Source: Candidatus Lustribacter sp. (GTDB lineage Bacteria > Vulcanimicrobiota > Vulcanimicrobiia > Vulcanimicrobiales > Vulcanimicrobiaceae). From it: a stretch of 64,000 nucleotides of DNA. The position numbers were made by a program, and so were the translations under genes. Location: contig OZ255842.1 of the NCBI GenBank assembly GCA_965277805.1, positions 2,144,001 through 2,208,000 of the forward strand, given 5' to 3'. Position 1 is the stretch's first letter. Each line of letters opens with the position of its first letter. Under the pieces are notes generated by a model. It was not told the origin of the DNA, searched no databases, and saw nothing but the letters and a program-made list of their open reading frames with translations. Below are positions 36,172 through 45,166 of the stretch, piece after piece.

Positions 36172-37020
36172 ATGACCACCGTCGATATTCACCCGCACAT
36201 CATCTCGACCGACCAAAAACGATATCCGCCCAGTCCGCGGTTCGGCATCCAGTCGGACTGGTCGAAAGAGCGCCCGACGTCGGTCGATGAACTGATTGCG
36301 GCGATGGACGACGCCGATGTCGCCAAAGCGGCAGTGGTGCACTCCTCCACCTGTTACGGCTATGACAACAGCTACGTGATCGACTCGGTGGCCAAGCACA
36401 AGGATCGCCTTGCGGCGGTCGGCTCCGTCGACTTGCTCGCGGATGACGCCGTCGATCAAATCAATGCGCTGGTAAAAAACGGCCTAACCGGCCTGCGCAT
36501 TTTCCTCGGTGGCAGCACGGCCGATTTCGACACCAGCGCCCTTGCGGATCCGCGCTCGTTTCCGGCGTGGGAACGCGCCGCCGAACTCGGGCTCTCGATC
36601 TGCATTCAGGTCGATCCGCCTGGTCTTCCCGACGTGATCAGCATGGCCAAGCGTTTTCCGAACGTGAAGATCATTCTCGACCACCTCGGGCGTCCGGATG
36701 TCCTCGACGGACCCCCATACAAAAATGCCGAGAGCATGTTCGCGCTCGCGCCGATCCCAAATATCTACCACAAACTGACGCCGCGCATCATGGGCGACGT
36801 AAAAAAGGGGAAGGCCACTCCGGAGACCTTTTTCCCCAAGCTTGTTGACGCGTTCGGCGCAAAGCGCTTAGCCTGGGGATCCAACTTCCCCAATACTCCC
36901 GGCACGCTCGCGGAGATCCTCGCCACCGCGAAGGATCGCCTGAAATCCCTCAGCGCGGAGGATCAATCGTGGATATTCGGGCGGACGGCGCTGACGCTCT
37001 ATCCCGGACTCGCCAAATGA
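36172..37020 (+). CDS. Amidohydrolase_2 family protein (possible lactonase)
   Basis: DIHPH, YGYDNSY, GLRI, LDHLG, WGSNFP; paralog of the 9330 gene. Confidence 0.9.
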   Translation: MTTVDIHPHIISTDQKRYPPSPRFGIQSDWSKERPTSVDELIAAMDDADVAKAAVVHSSTCYGYDNSYVIDSVAKHKDRLAAVGSVDLLADDAVDQINALVKNGLTGLRIFLGGSTADFDTSALADPRSFPAWERAAELGLSICIQVDPPGLPDVISMAKRFPNVKIILDHLGRPDVLDGPPYKNAESMFALAPIPNIYHKLTPRIMGDVKKGKATPETFFPKLVDAFGAKRLAWGSNFPNTPGTLAEILATAKDRLKSLSAEDQSWIFGRTALTLYPGLAK

Positions 37021-37817
37021 GTGCGGTCAAGCTTGCCGTGCGCGACGTGAAGAAAACCTTTCGCGTCCGCGGCCGCACCCGCGCGGAGGACACGCTGCTC
37101 AACGTTTTGGGCGGGGTGAGTTTCGATGCGCGCGACGGCGAGATCGTCTCGCTGATCGGCGAGAGCGGCTGCGGTAAGACGACCTTGCTGCGCATCATCC
37201 AAGGGCTCACCAAGATGGACGCGGGTTCGGTCGCCATCGACGGCGTTCCGGTCACGCGTCCGGGCCGCAATCGCGGGCTCGTCTTCCAACAGCCCAATCT
37301 GCTGCCGTGGCGTTCGGCTCTGGCCAACGTCGAGTTCGGTATGGAACTCATGGCCCTCCCGAACGCGGACCGGCACGAACGCGCGAAGGCGCTGCTCGAG
37401 CTCGTCGGCTTGGGGCAATCGGCCAATCAATTTCCGCACCAGCTTTCCGGCGGCATGCAGCAACGCATCGGCCTCGCGCGGGCACTCGCGATCGACCCGC
37501 AAATTCTCCTGATGGACGAACCGTTCAGCGCGCTCGACGCGCAGACGCGCGAGGTGCTGCAAGCCGAGCTCTTGCGGATCCACGACGCGACGGGCAAAAC
37601 GACGCTCTTCGTCACCCACGATCTCGACGAAGCGATCTATCTCAGCGACCGCATCGTCTGCCTCGCGGCACGCCCCGGACGCGTCAAGAAAATCATCGAC
37701 GTGCCCTTCCCGCGTCCGCGCCCGCTGTTGCCCGAACTGCGGGGCAATAGCGCGTTCCAAGAGATTCGCGCCGAGATCTGGGGCCTGATTCGAGGGTCCG
37801 AGGTCGCGGCCGCATGA
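37017..37817 (+). CDS. NitT/TauT-type ABC transporter ATP-binding protein
   Basis: GESGCGKTT, LLPW, LSGGMQQR, MDEPFSALD, VTHD. Confidence 0.95.
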   Translation: MSAVKLAVRDVKKTFRVRGRTRAEDTLLNVLGGVSFDARDGEIVSLIGESGCGKTTLLRIIQGLTKMDAGSVAIDGVPVTRPGRNRGLVFQQPNLLPWRSALANVEFGMELMALPNADRHERAKALLELVGLGQSANQFPHQLSGGMQQRIGLARALAIDPQILLMDEPFSALDAQTREVLQAELLRIHDATGKTTLFVTHDLDEAIYLSDRIVCLAARPGRVKKIIDVPFPRPRPLLPELRGNSAFQEIRAEIWGLIRGSEVAAA

Positions 37818-38638
37818 CCGTCGCGACGATGCCCGCCGACGACGCAACGGTCGAGGCCCCTGAAGAGATCGTCTCGCCGGCGCGCGCCAAGAACCTCGCC
37901 TGGCTCGTTCGCCTCGCGTCGATCGTCGTGGTGTTTACGATTTGGGAGATCGGCGGACGCCAGATCAACCCGCTGTTCATGTCTTACCCCACGGCGATCA
38001 TTCAAGCCGGCATCACGATGACGCTCAGCGGCGAGCTGCTGCCCGCGCTCTTGAGCAGCTTACACACGCTGCTCCTCGGCTTTGTCATTGCGTCGGTGAT
38101 CGGCATCGTGTTTGGTCTCTTGATCGGCCGCTACCGTTACGTCGATGCCGCGACCGACTGGATCGTCAATGCGCTCTATGCGACGCCGCTGATCGCGCTG
38201 ATTCCCCTCGTCGTGCTGTGGCTAGGTCTCGGCGACGCGGCGAAGCTCCTGATCGTCACGCTGATGGCCGTCTTTCCAATTCTCATCAACACGTCGACCG
38301 GCGTGCGCAACGTTCCATCCGCGCTCATCGACGTCAGCACGGCATTCGATGCGACCGAGCGTCAGGTGTTCACGAAGATCATTCTGCCCGCATCGTTACC
38401 GTATATGATGACGGGCTTGCGCCTGGGCATCGGCCGCGCGATCATCGCGATGGTTGCGGCGGAATTCTTTACCTCGATCACCGGGCTCGGCGCGCTAATC
38501 GTAAAGTACGGCAATCAATACGCCACCGCTGCGATGTTCGTGCCGATCCTGATCCTGATGCTGCTGGGCGTCGGTCTCACCACGCTCGTGCGCTATGCCG
38601 AAGAGCGCATCGCGCCGTGGCGTGCGGTGGACGAATAG
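37814..38638 (+). CDS. NitT/TauT-type ABC transporter permease
   Basis: PLIALIPLVVLWLG, LPASLPYMMTGLRLG, VAAE. Confidence 0.94.
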   Translation: MTVATMPADDATVEAPEEIVSPARAKNLAWLVRLASIVVVFTIWEIGGRQINPLFMSYPTAIIQAGITMTLSGELLPALLSSLHTLLLGFVIASVIGIVFGLLIGRYRYVDAATDWIVNALYATPLIALIPLVVLWLGLGDAAKLLIVTLMAVFPILINTSTGVRNVPSALIDVSTAFDATERQVFTKIILPASLPYMMTGLRLGIGRAIIAMVAAEFFTSITGLGALIVKYGNQYATAAMFVPILILMLLGVGLTTLVRYAEERIAPWRAVDE

Positions 38639-39618
38639 TGGCGCAGATCGTCTTCGGTATGTGCGCGCCGCACAGCGGCATGCAAGGCCAACCGCCCGAG
38701 GAGTGGCTCTCCAACGGCGCGCGCGACCGCCGCAATCCCGAGCTGTGGTACCGCAACCGTACCTGGACCTACCCCGAACTCGAAGCCGAACGTGCGGGCC
38801 AAGGCATCGACGCCTACCTCACGCCCGAAGAGCTCAGCATGCGCGCCGAGCGCTGCCGGGCGGCGATCGCCGAGATGCACGCGGCCTACGAGGCGGCGAA
38901 CGTTGACGCGGTCGTTATCCTCGGCAAGGATCAAAAAGAGATCTTCATTGATTCCTCACCGAGCATCGCGGTCTACAGCGGCGCCGACATCTACAACGGG
39001 CCGCCCCAGCGCCCGGTATTCGCACCCGATCACGCCGTCACGTATCCGGCGCATCCCAAGCTCGCGCTGCACTTGATCCGATCGCTCCAGCGCGACGGCT
39101 TCGATCTCACCGATCTCATCAGCTGGCCGCCCAACACATGGCAGCTGGGCAAACCGATCGTGCCGCACGCGTTCGGCTTCATCTACCGGCAGATCATGGG
39201 CGACCGGGTGGTTCCCAACGTGCCGATCCTGATCAACACGTTCTATCCGCCCACGCAGCCCTCGATGCCACGCGCGATCGCGTTCGGAAAATCGCTGCTT
39301 GCCGCGATCAAGGCCTGGGGCGGCGATAAACGCGTCGCGGTCATCGCCTCGGGCGGGCTCACGCACTTCGTGTGCGACGAGCCGCAGGACCAAACGTTCA
39401 TCGCCGCGCTCGGCAGCTACGATTTCGATACGCTGGCAGCGATCGACGATCGCACCTACCAATCGGGCACCTCCGAAGTGAAGCTCTACACGGCCGTCCT
39501 GGCCGCGATGCAAGACGCCGGGGCGAAGATGACGCTGGTCGATTACATTCCGTGTTACCGCACGCCGGCCGGCACGGGCGAAGGCATGGGCTACATGTAC
39601 TGGAGGACGCCACAATGA
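38638..39618 (+). CDS. LigB-like (class III extradiol dioxygenase fold) protein
   Basis: GMCAPHS, GKDQKE, VPHAFG, PILINTFYPP, VIASGGLTH, GTSE; GTG start overlapping the upstream TAG. Confidence 0.85.
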   Translation: MAQIVFGMCAPHSGMQGQPPEEWLSNGARDRRNPELWYRNRTWTYPELEAERAGQGIDAYLTPEELSMRAERCRAAIAEMHAAYEAANVDAVVILGKDQKEIFIDSSPSIAVYSGADIYNGPPQRPVFAPDHAVTYPAHPKLALHLIRSLQRDGFDLTDLISWPPNTWQLGKPIVPHAFGFIYRQIMGDRVVPNVPILINTFYPPTQPSMPRAIAFGKSLLAAIKAWGGDKRVAVIASGGLTHFVCDEPQDQTFIAALGSYDFDTLAAIDDRTYQSGTSEVKLYTAVLAAMQDAGAKMTLVDYIPCYRTPAGTGEGMGYMYWRTPQ

Positions 39619-40613
39619 CCGATCGTCGCGATTTTCTTGCCGGCAGCTTGGGTCTCGCCGGCTTGACGCTCGCCGGTTGCGCCTCGAGCGGCAGCGCCGG
39701 CTCGCTCGGCGTCGTGATGACGTCGGGCACGTCGGGCCTGACGCTGCATCAGATGGCGAAAGACCAAGGCATCTATAAGAAGTACGGCGTCGACCCGCAA
39801 GTCACGCTGGTGAGCGACGGCACGAAGTGCGTCGCGGCGCTGATCAGCGGCGCGGCCGACGTCTGCGCCTGGTCGGGCTTCAACCAGCTCACGCCCGCGA
39901 TCGAGAAGGGGGCGACGATCAAGATCCTCGCCGGCTCCCTCAACCTCGCCTCGCTCTGCATGTACTCCGGCAAGCCCGAGATCAAATCGGTCAAGGACCT
40001 TGCCGGGAAAACGATCGGCATCGGCTCGCCGGGCTCCGTGCTTCAGCAAATGACGGTGCTCTTGCTCAAGAAGAGCGGCGTCGACCAATCCGCCATCACC
40101 TTTCGCAACGTCGGCAGCAACGCCGATATCTTCCGCGCGGTAGCGGCAAAAACGGTCGACGCCGGCCTCTCCGATGTCGACGTTTTCGATCAACAGGCAA
40201 AGTTCGGCGTGCACGACTTGCCCGATGGTCTGCTGTGGCAGCAGATTCCCGAATACACGAACCAAGGCACGTACGCATCGGACAAAGCCATCGCTGCAAA
40301 ACGCGACCTGATCGTGCGGGTTTTAGCCGCCTGGGCGGCCGCATACCGGTTCGTTCAAAGTCCGGACTCCAAAGCGGCTTTCGTCGCGGCGCGCGCGACG
40401 GTGGTCGGCAAAAACGAGGAGGCACACGCGGTGAGTCAGTGGACCTGGATTCAAAAGAACAAGCCCTATGCGATCGGCCTGACGCTGAGCGATCGGCAGA
40501 TCGACTACGTCCAGCAAGTCAACGTTGACTTCAAGGTGCAGAAGGCGGTCCTGCCGATCACGCAAGTGGCCGACATGGGACCGGCGCGCGATGCATTGAA
40601 GATGCTGACATGA
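39615..40613 (+). CDS. NitT/TauT-type ABC substrate-binding lipoprotein (Tat)
   Basis: MTDRRDFL, LAGC lipobox, DLAGKTIGI. Confidence 0.9.
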   Translation: MTDRRDFLAGSLGLAGLTLAGCASSGSAGSLGVVMTSGTSGLTLHQMAKDQGIYKKYGVDPQVTLVSDGTKCVAALISGAADVCAWSGFNQLTPAIEKGATIKILAGSLNLASLCMYSGKPEIKSVKDLAGKTIGIGSPGSVLQQMTVLLLKKSGVDQSAITFRNVGSNADIFRAVAAKTVDAGLSDVDVFDQQAKFGVHDLPDGLLWQQIPEYTNQGTYASDKAIAAKRDLIVRVLAAWAAAYRFVQSPDSKAAFVAARATVVGKNEEAHAVSQWTWIQKNKPYAIGLTLSDRQIDYVQQVNVDFKVQKAVLPITQVADMGPARDALKMLT

Positions 40614-41470
40614 GCGACATTCCGCGCCTTAACGGCATCATCCGCGCCCTCGAATCGGGCAAGCCCGCCTTCACGAGCTTCGCCAAGCTCGACAAACAGA
40701 CGGCGATCGACATGAGCGACTCCCCGTATGACGGCATCGTCTACGAGATGGAGCACAATCCCTACGACATCAGCGCGCTGACCGACGCGCTGCAGTACAT
40801 GCTCAATCGCGGTCAAATCTTGAAGGCCGGCTCGCCCGCGCCCGCCGTCACGCCGATCGCGCGCATCCCCGCCAATGGTGCGGAGATGAATCAGTCATTC
40901 TCAAAGCAAGTGCTCGACCGCGGCGTGTACGGCGTGATCTGGCCGCACATCAACAACGTGGCACAAGCCTACAACGCGGTCGCGTCATGCCGCTACGGCC
41001 GCCCGAAGAACGCGCCGCTTTATGAGCCGCAAGGCAAACGCGGTGACGGCCCGATGTCCGCCGCGCGTTATTGGGGATTGACGCAGGCGGAATACTACAG
41101 CCGCGCCGACGTTTGGCCGCTCGCGCCGCAAGGCGAGATCTTCGTCATGCTGATGATCGAGAGCGTGGCCGGCATCGAGAACCTCGATGACATCCTCGCG
41201 AACGTTCCCGGTGTCGGCGGCGTCCTGATCGGCGAAGGCGACCTCTCGCAAGAACTCGGCTACGCTCGCCAGTACGAACATCCGATCGTGCTCGAAGCGA
41301 TGGCCAAGATCGTGGCGTCGTGCAAGAAACACAACGTCGTGGTCGGCCATCCACACGTCACCGCGGCGAACCTCGACCGGCTTCTCGAAGAGGGCTATCG
41401 CTTCCTGATGTCTGCCCCGTCGCGCAGTTTCGGCGTGGTCGGCAAGGCGCGCGAGATGGCCGGCTACTAA
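40610..41470 (+). CDS. HpcH/HpaI aldolase family protein
   Basis: EMEH, ARIP, VLDRG, GKRGDG, MIES, IGEGDLS. Confidence 0.92.
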   Translation: MSDIPRLNGIIRALESGKPAFTSFAKLDKQTAIDMSDSPYDGIVYEMEHNPYDISALTDALQYMLNRGQILKAGSPAPAVTPIARIPANGAEMNQSFSKQVLDRGVYGVIWPHINNVAQAYNAVASCRYGRPKNAPLYEPQGKRGDGPMSAARYWGLTQAEYYSRADVWPLAPQGEIFVMLMIESVAGIENLDDILANVPGVGGVLIGEGDLSQELGYARQYEHPIVLEAMAKIVASCKKHNVVVGHPHVTAANLDRLLEEGYRFLMSAPSRSFGVVGKAREMAGY

Positions 41471-41473
41471 CGT

Positions 41474-43024
41474 ATGAATGGAGCCGAAAGCCTGGTCGCG
41501 ACGCTGGTGGACAGCGGCGTCGACATCTGCTTTGCCAATCCCGGAACATCGGAGATGCATTTCCTTGCAGCACTCGAGAACCCGCGCATGCGCAGCGTGC
41601 TCGGTCTCTTCGAAGGCGTGGTCACCGGCGCAGCCGACGGCTACTACCGGATGCGCGACACCCCGGCGGCGACATTGCTCCACTTGGGCCCGGGGCTTGC
41701 GAACGGTCTCGCCAACATCCACAACGCGCGACGTGCGTCGTCGGCAATGGTGAACATCGTCGGCGATCATTCCTCCGCGCACCTCACCTACGATCCCCCG
41801 CTCGCTTCCGACATCGAAGGCATCGCGCGCCCGCTCAGTCATTGGGTGCGCCGCTCGGCAAACGCGCGCTCGGTGGCCGCCGACGCCGCTATCGCGATCG
41901 ACGTCGCCTCGCAGTATACCGGCAAAATCGCAACGTTGATTCTGCCCGGCGATGCGTCATGGCAAGATGCAGGGCCCTATGTGGCGCCGGTACACACGAA
42001 GCGCATGCACAAGGTGCCGGATCCCGCGCGCATCGACGCGATCGCACGCGCCCTGCGTTCGGGCGAGCCGACGATGCTGATCCTCGCCGGCAAAGCCGCG
42101 CGCGGCCGCGCGCTCGAACTGGCCGGCCGCATCGCAGCTAAAACGGGCTGCCGCTTGGGCACGCAGTTCTTCACCTCGCGTATCGAGCGCGGCGCCGGAC
42201 GCGTGCCGCTCGAACGCATTCCCTACGCCGTCGCGCAGGCCACCGCGTTCCTCAAAGACTTCAAGCAACTGATCACGGTAGAAACGACCGAACCGATCGC
42301 CTTCTTCAGCTATCCCAATAAGCCGAGCCAGATGAAGGCGCCGGGAACCGCGGTCCTGCCGCTGCTCGATATCGGCGAAGAAAGCGAACTCGCACTGGAA
42401 ATGCTGGCCGACGCACTCGATGCGCGCGGGACCGAGCCCGCGATTCAAGCGCGTGAACTGACGCCGCCCCCGACGGGCGCCCTCAATCCGATCAGCATCG
42501 CGTACGCGCTCTCGGCCGCCATCCCGGAGAACTGCATCGTGGTCGACGAGTCGCTCACGACCGGCCGCGAAACGATGGGATATACCATGGGCGCCGCGCC
42601 GCACGACCTGATCAACAACATGGGCGGCTCGATCGGCTACGGAACGCCGGTCGCCACCGGCGCGGCGGTTGCGTGTCCCGACCGCAAGGTCTTCTGCATG
42701 GTCGGCGACGGCAGCGCGATGTACACGATCCAATCGCTGTGGACGCAGGCGCGCGAGAGCCTCGACGTCACCACCATCATCTTCGCCAACAACACCTACA
42801 ACATTCTCAAAGCAGAATACACCAACATGGGCGCCGGCACGGGCACGCCCGGTCCGCGCGCGCTCTCGATGATCGACATCGACGGCCCGAGCATCGACTG
42901 GCGCGCCATGGCCAAAAGCATGGGCGTCCCGTCCGTATCCGTCGACACCGCCGAAGCCTTCACCACCGCCATGCAAAACTCGGCCCGCGAACGCGGCCCC
43001 AACCTAATCGAAGTAAAACTCTAA
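41474..43024 (+). CDS. TPP-dependent acetolactate synthase-like enzyme/decarboxylase
   Basis: MNGAESL, FANPGTSEMH, TLLHLGPG, GDGSAMY...FANN. Confidence 0.93.
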   Translation: MNGAESLVATLVDSGVDICFANPGTSEMHFLAALENPRMRSVLGLFEGVVTGAADGYYRMRDTPAATLLHLGPGLANGLANIHNARRASSAMVNIVGDHSSAHLTYDPPLASDIEGIARPLSHWVRRSANARSVAADAAIAIDVASQYTGKIATLILPGDASWQDAGPYVAPVHTKRMHKVPDPARIDAIARALRSGEPTMLILAGKAARGRALELAGRIAAKTGCRLGTQFFTSRIERGAGRVPLERIPYAVAQATAFLKDFKQLITVETTEPIAFFSYPNKPSQMKAPGTAVLPLLDIGEESELALEMLADALDARGTEPAIQARELTPPPTGALNPISIAYALSAAIPENCIVVDESLTTGRETMGYTMGAAPHDLINNMGGSIGYGTPVATGAAVACPDRKVFCMVGDGSAMYTIQSLWTQARESLDVTTIIFANNTYNILKAEYTNMGAGTGTPGPRALSMIDIDGPSIDWRAMAKSMGVPSVSVDTAEAFTTAMQNSARERGPNLIEVKL

Positions 43025-43042
43025 CACCGAACACATTTTTTT

Positions 43043-43094
43043 TGTCATCCCGAGCGGAGCGCCGAATGGCGCGGAGACGAGGGACCGCCACAAT
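43043..43094 (+). repeat. REP-like palindrome, long type with inner GCGCC-GAAT-GGCGC hairpin
   Basis: TGTCATCCCGAGCGGAGCGCCGAATGGCGCGGAGACGAGGGACCGCCACAAT, preceded by a T-run. Confidence 0.9.
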
Positions 43095-43118
43095 GCCGAA
43101 AGCCAGAGGAACACACGC

Positions 43119-44015
43119 ATGAACCCCACCGCAACCGAAGCCCTCGTCCTGCGCACAAACCTCGCCGACGCCCCGCAAGTCAAAGCGATGAAAGACGGCC
43201 GCGTAACATCGAGCGTGGTCAAGCTAAACTACTGTGGCCCCAAACAAGCTCACGACGGCTTCAAGGACATGATCCGCCGTAACGCCTACGACGCGGGTGA
43301 ACTCGCGCTCGTCACGTACCTCCAAGCCAAAGCATACGGCAAACCATTCGTACTGCTGCCGACGCCGATGTCCGGCCGCTTCCAACACCACTGTGCGGGC
43401 TTCAACATCGACTACGGGCACCTCGACCCGAAAGACATCGAAGGCAAGAACGTCGGCGTGCGCACGTACGCGCAGACGACGGCGCTCTGGATCCGCGGTA
43501 TCCTGCGCCACGAGTACGGCGTCGATCTCGATAAGGTCACCTGGATGACGCTCGATGAGGGACACCTCGAAGAATATACCGATCCGCCGAACTGCGTGCG
43601 CCTGCCGAAGGGTTCGTCGATCCCGCAAATGATGCTCGACGGTGAGCTCGCCGCCGCACTGCTCGGCGTCGACATGCCCGACGATCCGCGCGTGCGCACG
43701 CTCGTGCCCGAGCCGATGAAGGCCGCTAGAGCTTGGTACGAGCGCGAGGGCGTGGTGCCGATCAACCACATGTTCGCCGTCCACCAAGACATCTCGAAGA
43801 ACCGCCCCGACGTGGTGCGCGAGATCTTCCGCATGATCGTCGAGAGCCGCAACCTCACCGAAGGCGGCCTGCCCGATCCGTTCCCGCCGATCGGCCTCGA
43901 AGCGAACCGCAAAGGGTTGCAAATGGCAATCGACTGGTCGCTCGATCAAAAGATTATTCCGAAGCGCTTGAGCGTCGATGAACTCTTCGACGACGTCACG
44001 GGGAGTCTCGCTTGA
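43119..44015 (+). CDS. 4,5-dihydroxyphthalate decarboxylase-like protein (PBP2 fold)
   Basis: YDAGEL, GRFQH, DIEGKNVGVRTYAQTTALWIRGIL, VPINH. Confidence 0.85.
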   Translation: MNPTATEALVLRTNLADAPQVKAMKDGRVTSSVVKLNYCGPKQAHDGFKDMIRRNAYDAGELALVTYLQAKAYGKPFVLLPTPMSGRFQHHCAGFNIDYGHLDPKDIEGKNVGVRTYAQTTALWIRGILRHEYGVDLDKVTWMTLDEGHLEEYTDPPNCVRLPKGSSIPQMMLDGELAAALLGVDMPDDPRVRTLVPEPMKAARAWYEREGVVPINHMFAVHQDISKNRPDVVREIFRMIVESRNLTEGGLPDPFPPIGLEANRKGLQMAIDWSLDQKIIPKRLSVDELFDDVTGSLA

Positions 44016-45166
44016 TGCGGAATCTTTCGCGCCGCGAATTCTCGCTCGCCCTCAGCGCGACCGCGCTTACCGCGGCGCTGCCGATGCCGGCTTTCGCGGC
44101 CACCGGACCCGCCTCGGACTTCGTTTACATCGGCATGCACGGCACGCAAATTACGCTCGCGCGCTTCAATCCGCAGACCGGCGAGCTCTCGCTCAGCGGT
44201 CCGGCCGCGACGATGCCGAGCCCAACGTGGAGCGTGCTCCATCCGCGGATGCCGGTGATCTATTACGTGAGCGAAATCGGCAACGACGGCAAGTCGGACG
44301 GCGCCGTCTGGTCGTTCCGCGTGAACCGCGCGACCGGCGAACTGACCAAGATCAACCAATCCGACGCCGGCGGGGGCGGAACGACGTTTTTGTATCTCGA
44401 CGCGCCCTCGCTAACGCTGCTTACGACCAACTTCGGCAGCGGTTCCACCGCCAGCTTTGCGATCGGCGCCGACGGCAGCCTTTCGCCGCGAACGTCGCTC
44501 GTCACGGAGACGGGATCCGGACCGAACGTGCGCCAGAAGAGCGCGCACGCGCACAGCGTCATCGTCGATCCGACCGGCCGCTTCGCGCTCGTCGCCGACC
44601 TCGGCACCGATAAGGTGTACAGCTACGCATTCGATCGCAAGACGCGCTCGCTGAAGCAAGATCCGCACGGTGAGTACGCATTGCCGCCGGGATCCGGACC
44701 GCGCCACGTGAGTTTCCACCCCAGCGGCCGCGTCGCGTACGTCTTTTGCGAATTGACGGCCGATTTGCAAACGGCCCGCTGGGACGCCCGCGCCGGCAAA
44801 CTTTCGCTTGCGCAAACGACCTCGACCAACTCAGCGGATTTCAAAGGCAAGAGTTCGATTGCGGAGATCGCCGTGAGCCGCGACGGCCGTTTCGTGTACG
44901 TCTCCAATCGCGGTGAGAACACGCTCGTGTCCTACAGCGTCAATCCCGCCACCGGCGAACTCACATTTCTCCAGCGCTTGCCTTCGGGCGGCGACCCGTG
45001 GAGCTTCACCATTCACCCGACCGGACGCTGGATGCTCGTCGCAAACGAACATACAAACAAAGTGCAAGTCATCGCCATCGACACCGCCACGGGGAAAATG
45101 ACCGATACCGGCGCCGTCATCACCACGCCCACGCCTGTGAGCATCAGCTTCGTCGCATCCGTATGA
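44012..45166 (+). CDS. Lactonase (6-phosphogluconolactonase/cycloisomerase 2) family beta-propeller, Tat signal
   Basis: LSRREF, HAHS, DLGTD, GSGPRH, YVSNRG. Confidence 0.92.
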   Translation: MMRNLSRREFSLALSATALTAALPMPAFAATGPASDFVYIGMHGTQITLARFNPQTGELSLSGPAATMPSPTWSVLHPRMPVIYYVSEIGNDGKSDGAVWSFRVNRATGELTKINQSDAGGGGTTFLYLDAPSLTLLTTNFGSGSTASFAIGADGSLSPRTSLVTETGSGPNVRQKSAHAHSVIVDPTGRFALVADLGTDKVYSYAFDRKTRSLKQDPHGEYALPPGSGPRHVSFHPSGRVAYVFCELTADLQTARWDARAGKLSLAQTTSTNSADFKGKSSIAEIAVSRDGRFVYVSNRGENTLVSYSVNPATGELTFLQRLPSGGDPWSFTIHPTGRWMLVANEHTNKVQVIAIDTATGKMTDTGAVITTPTPVSISFVASV

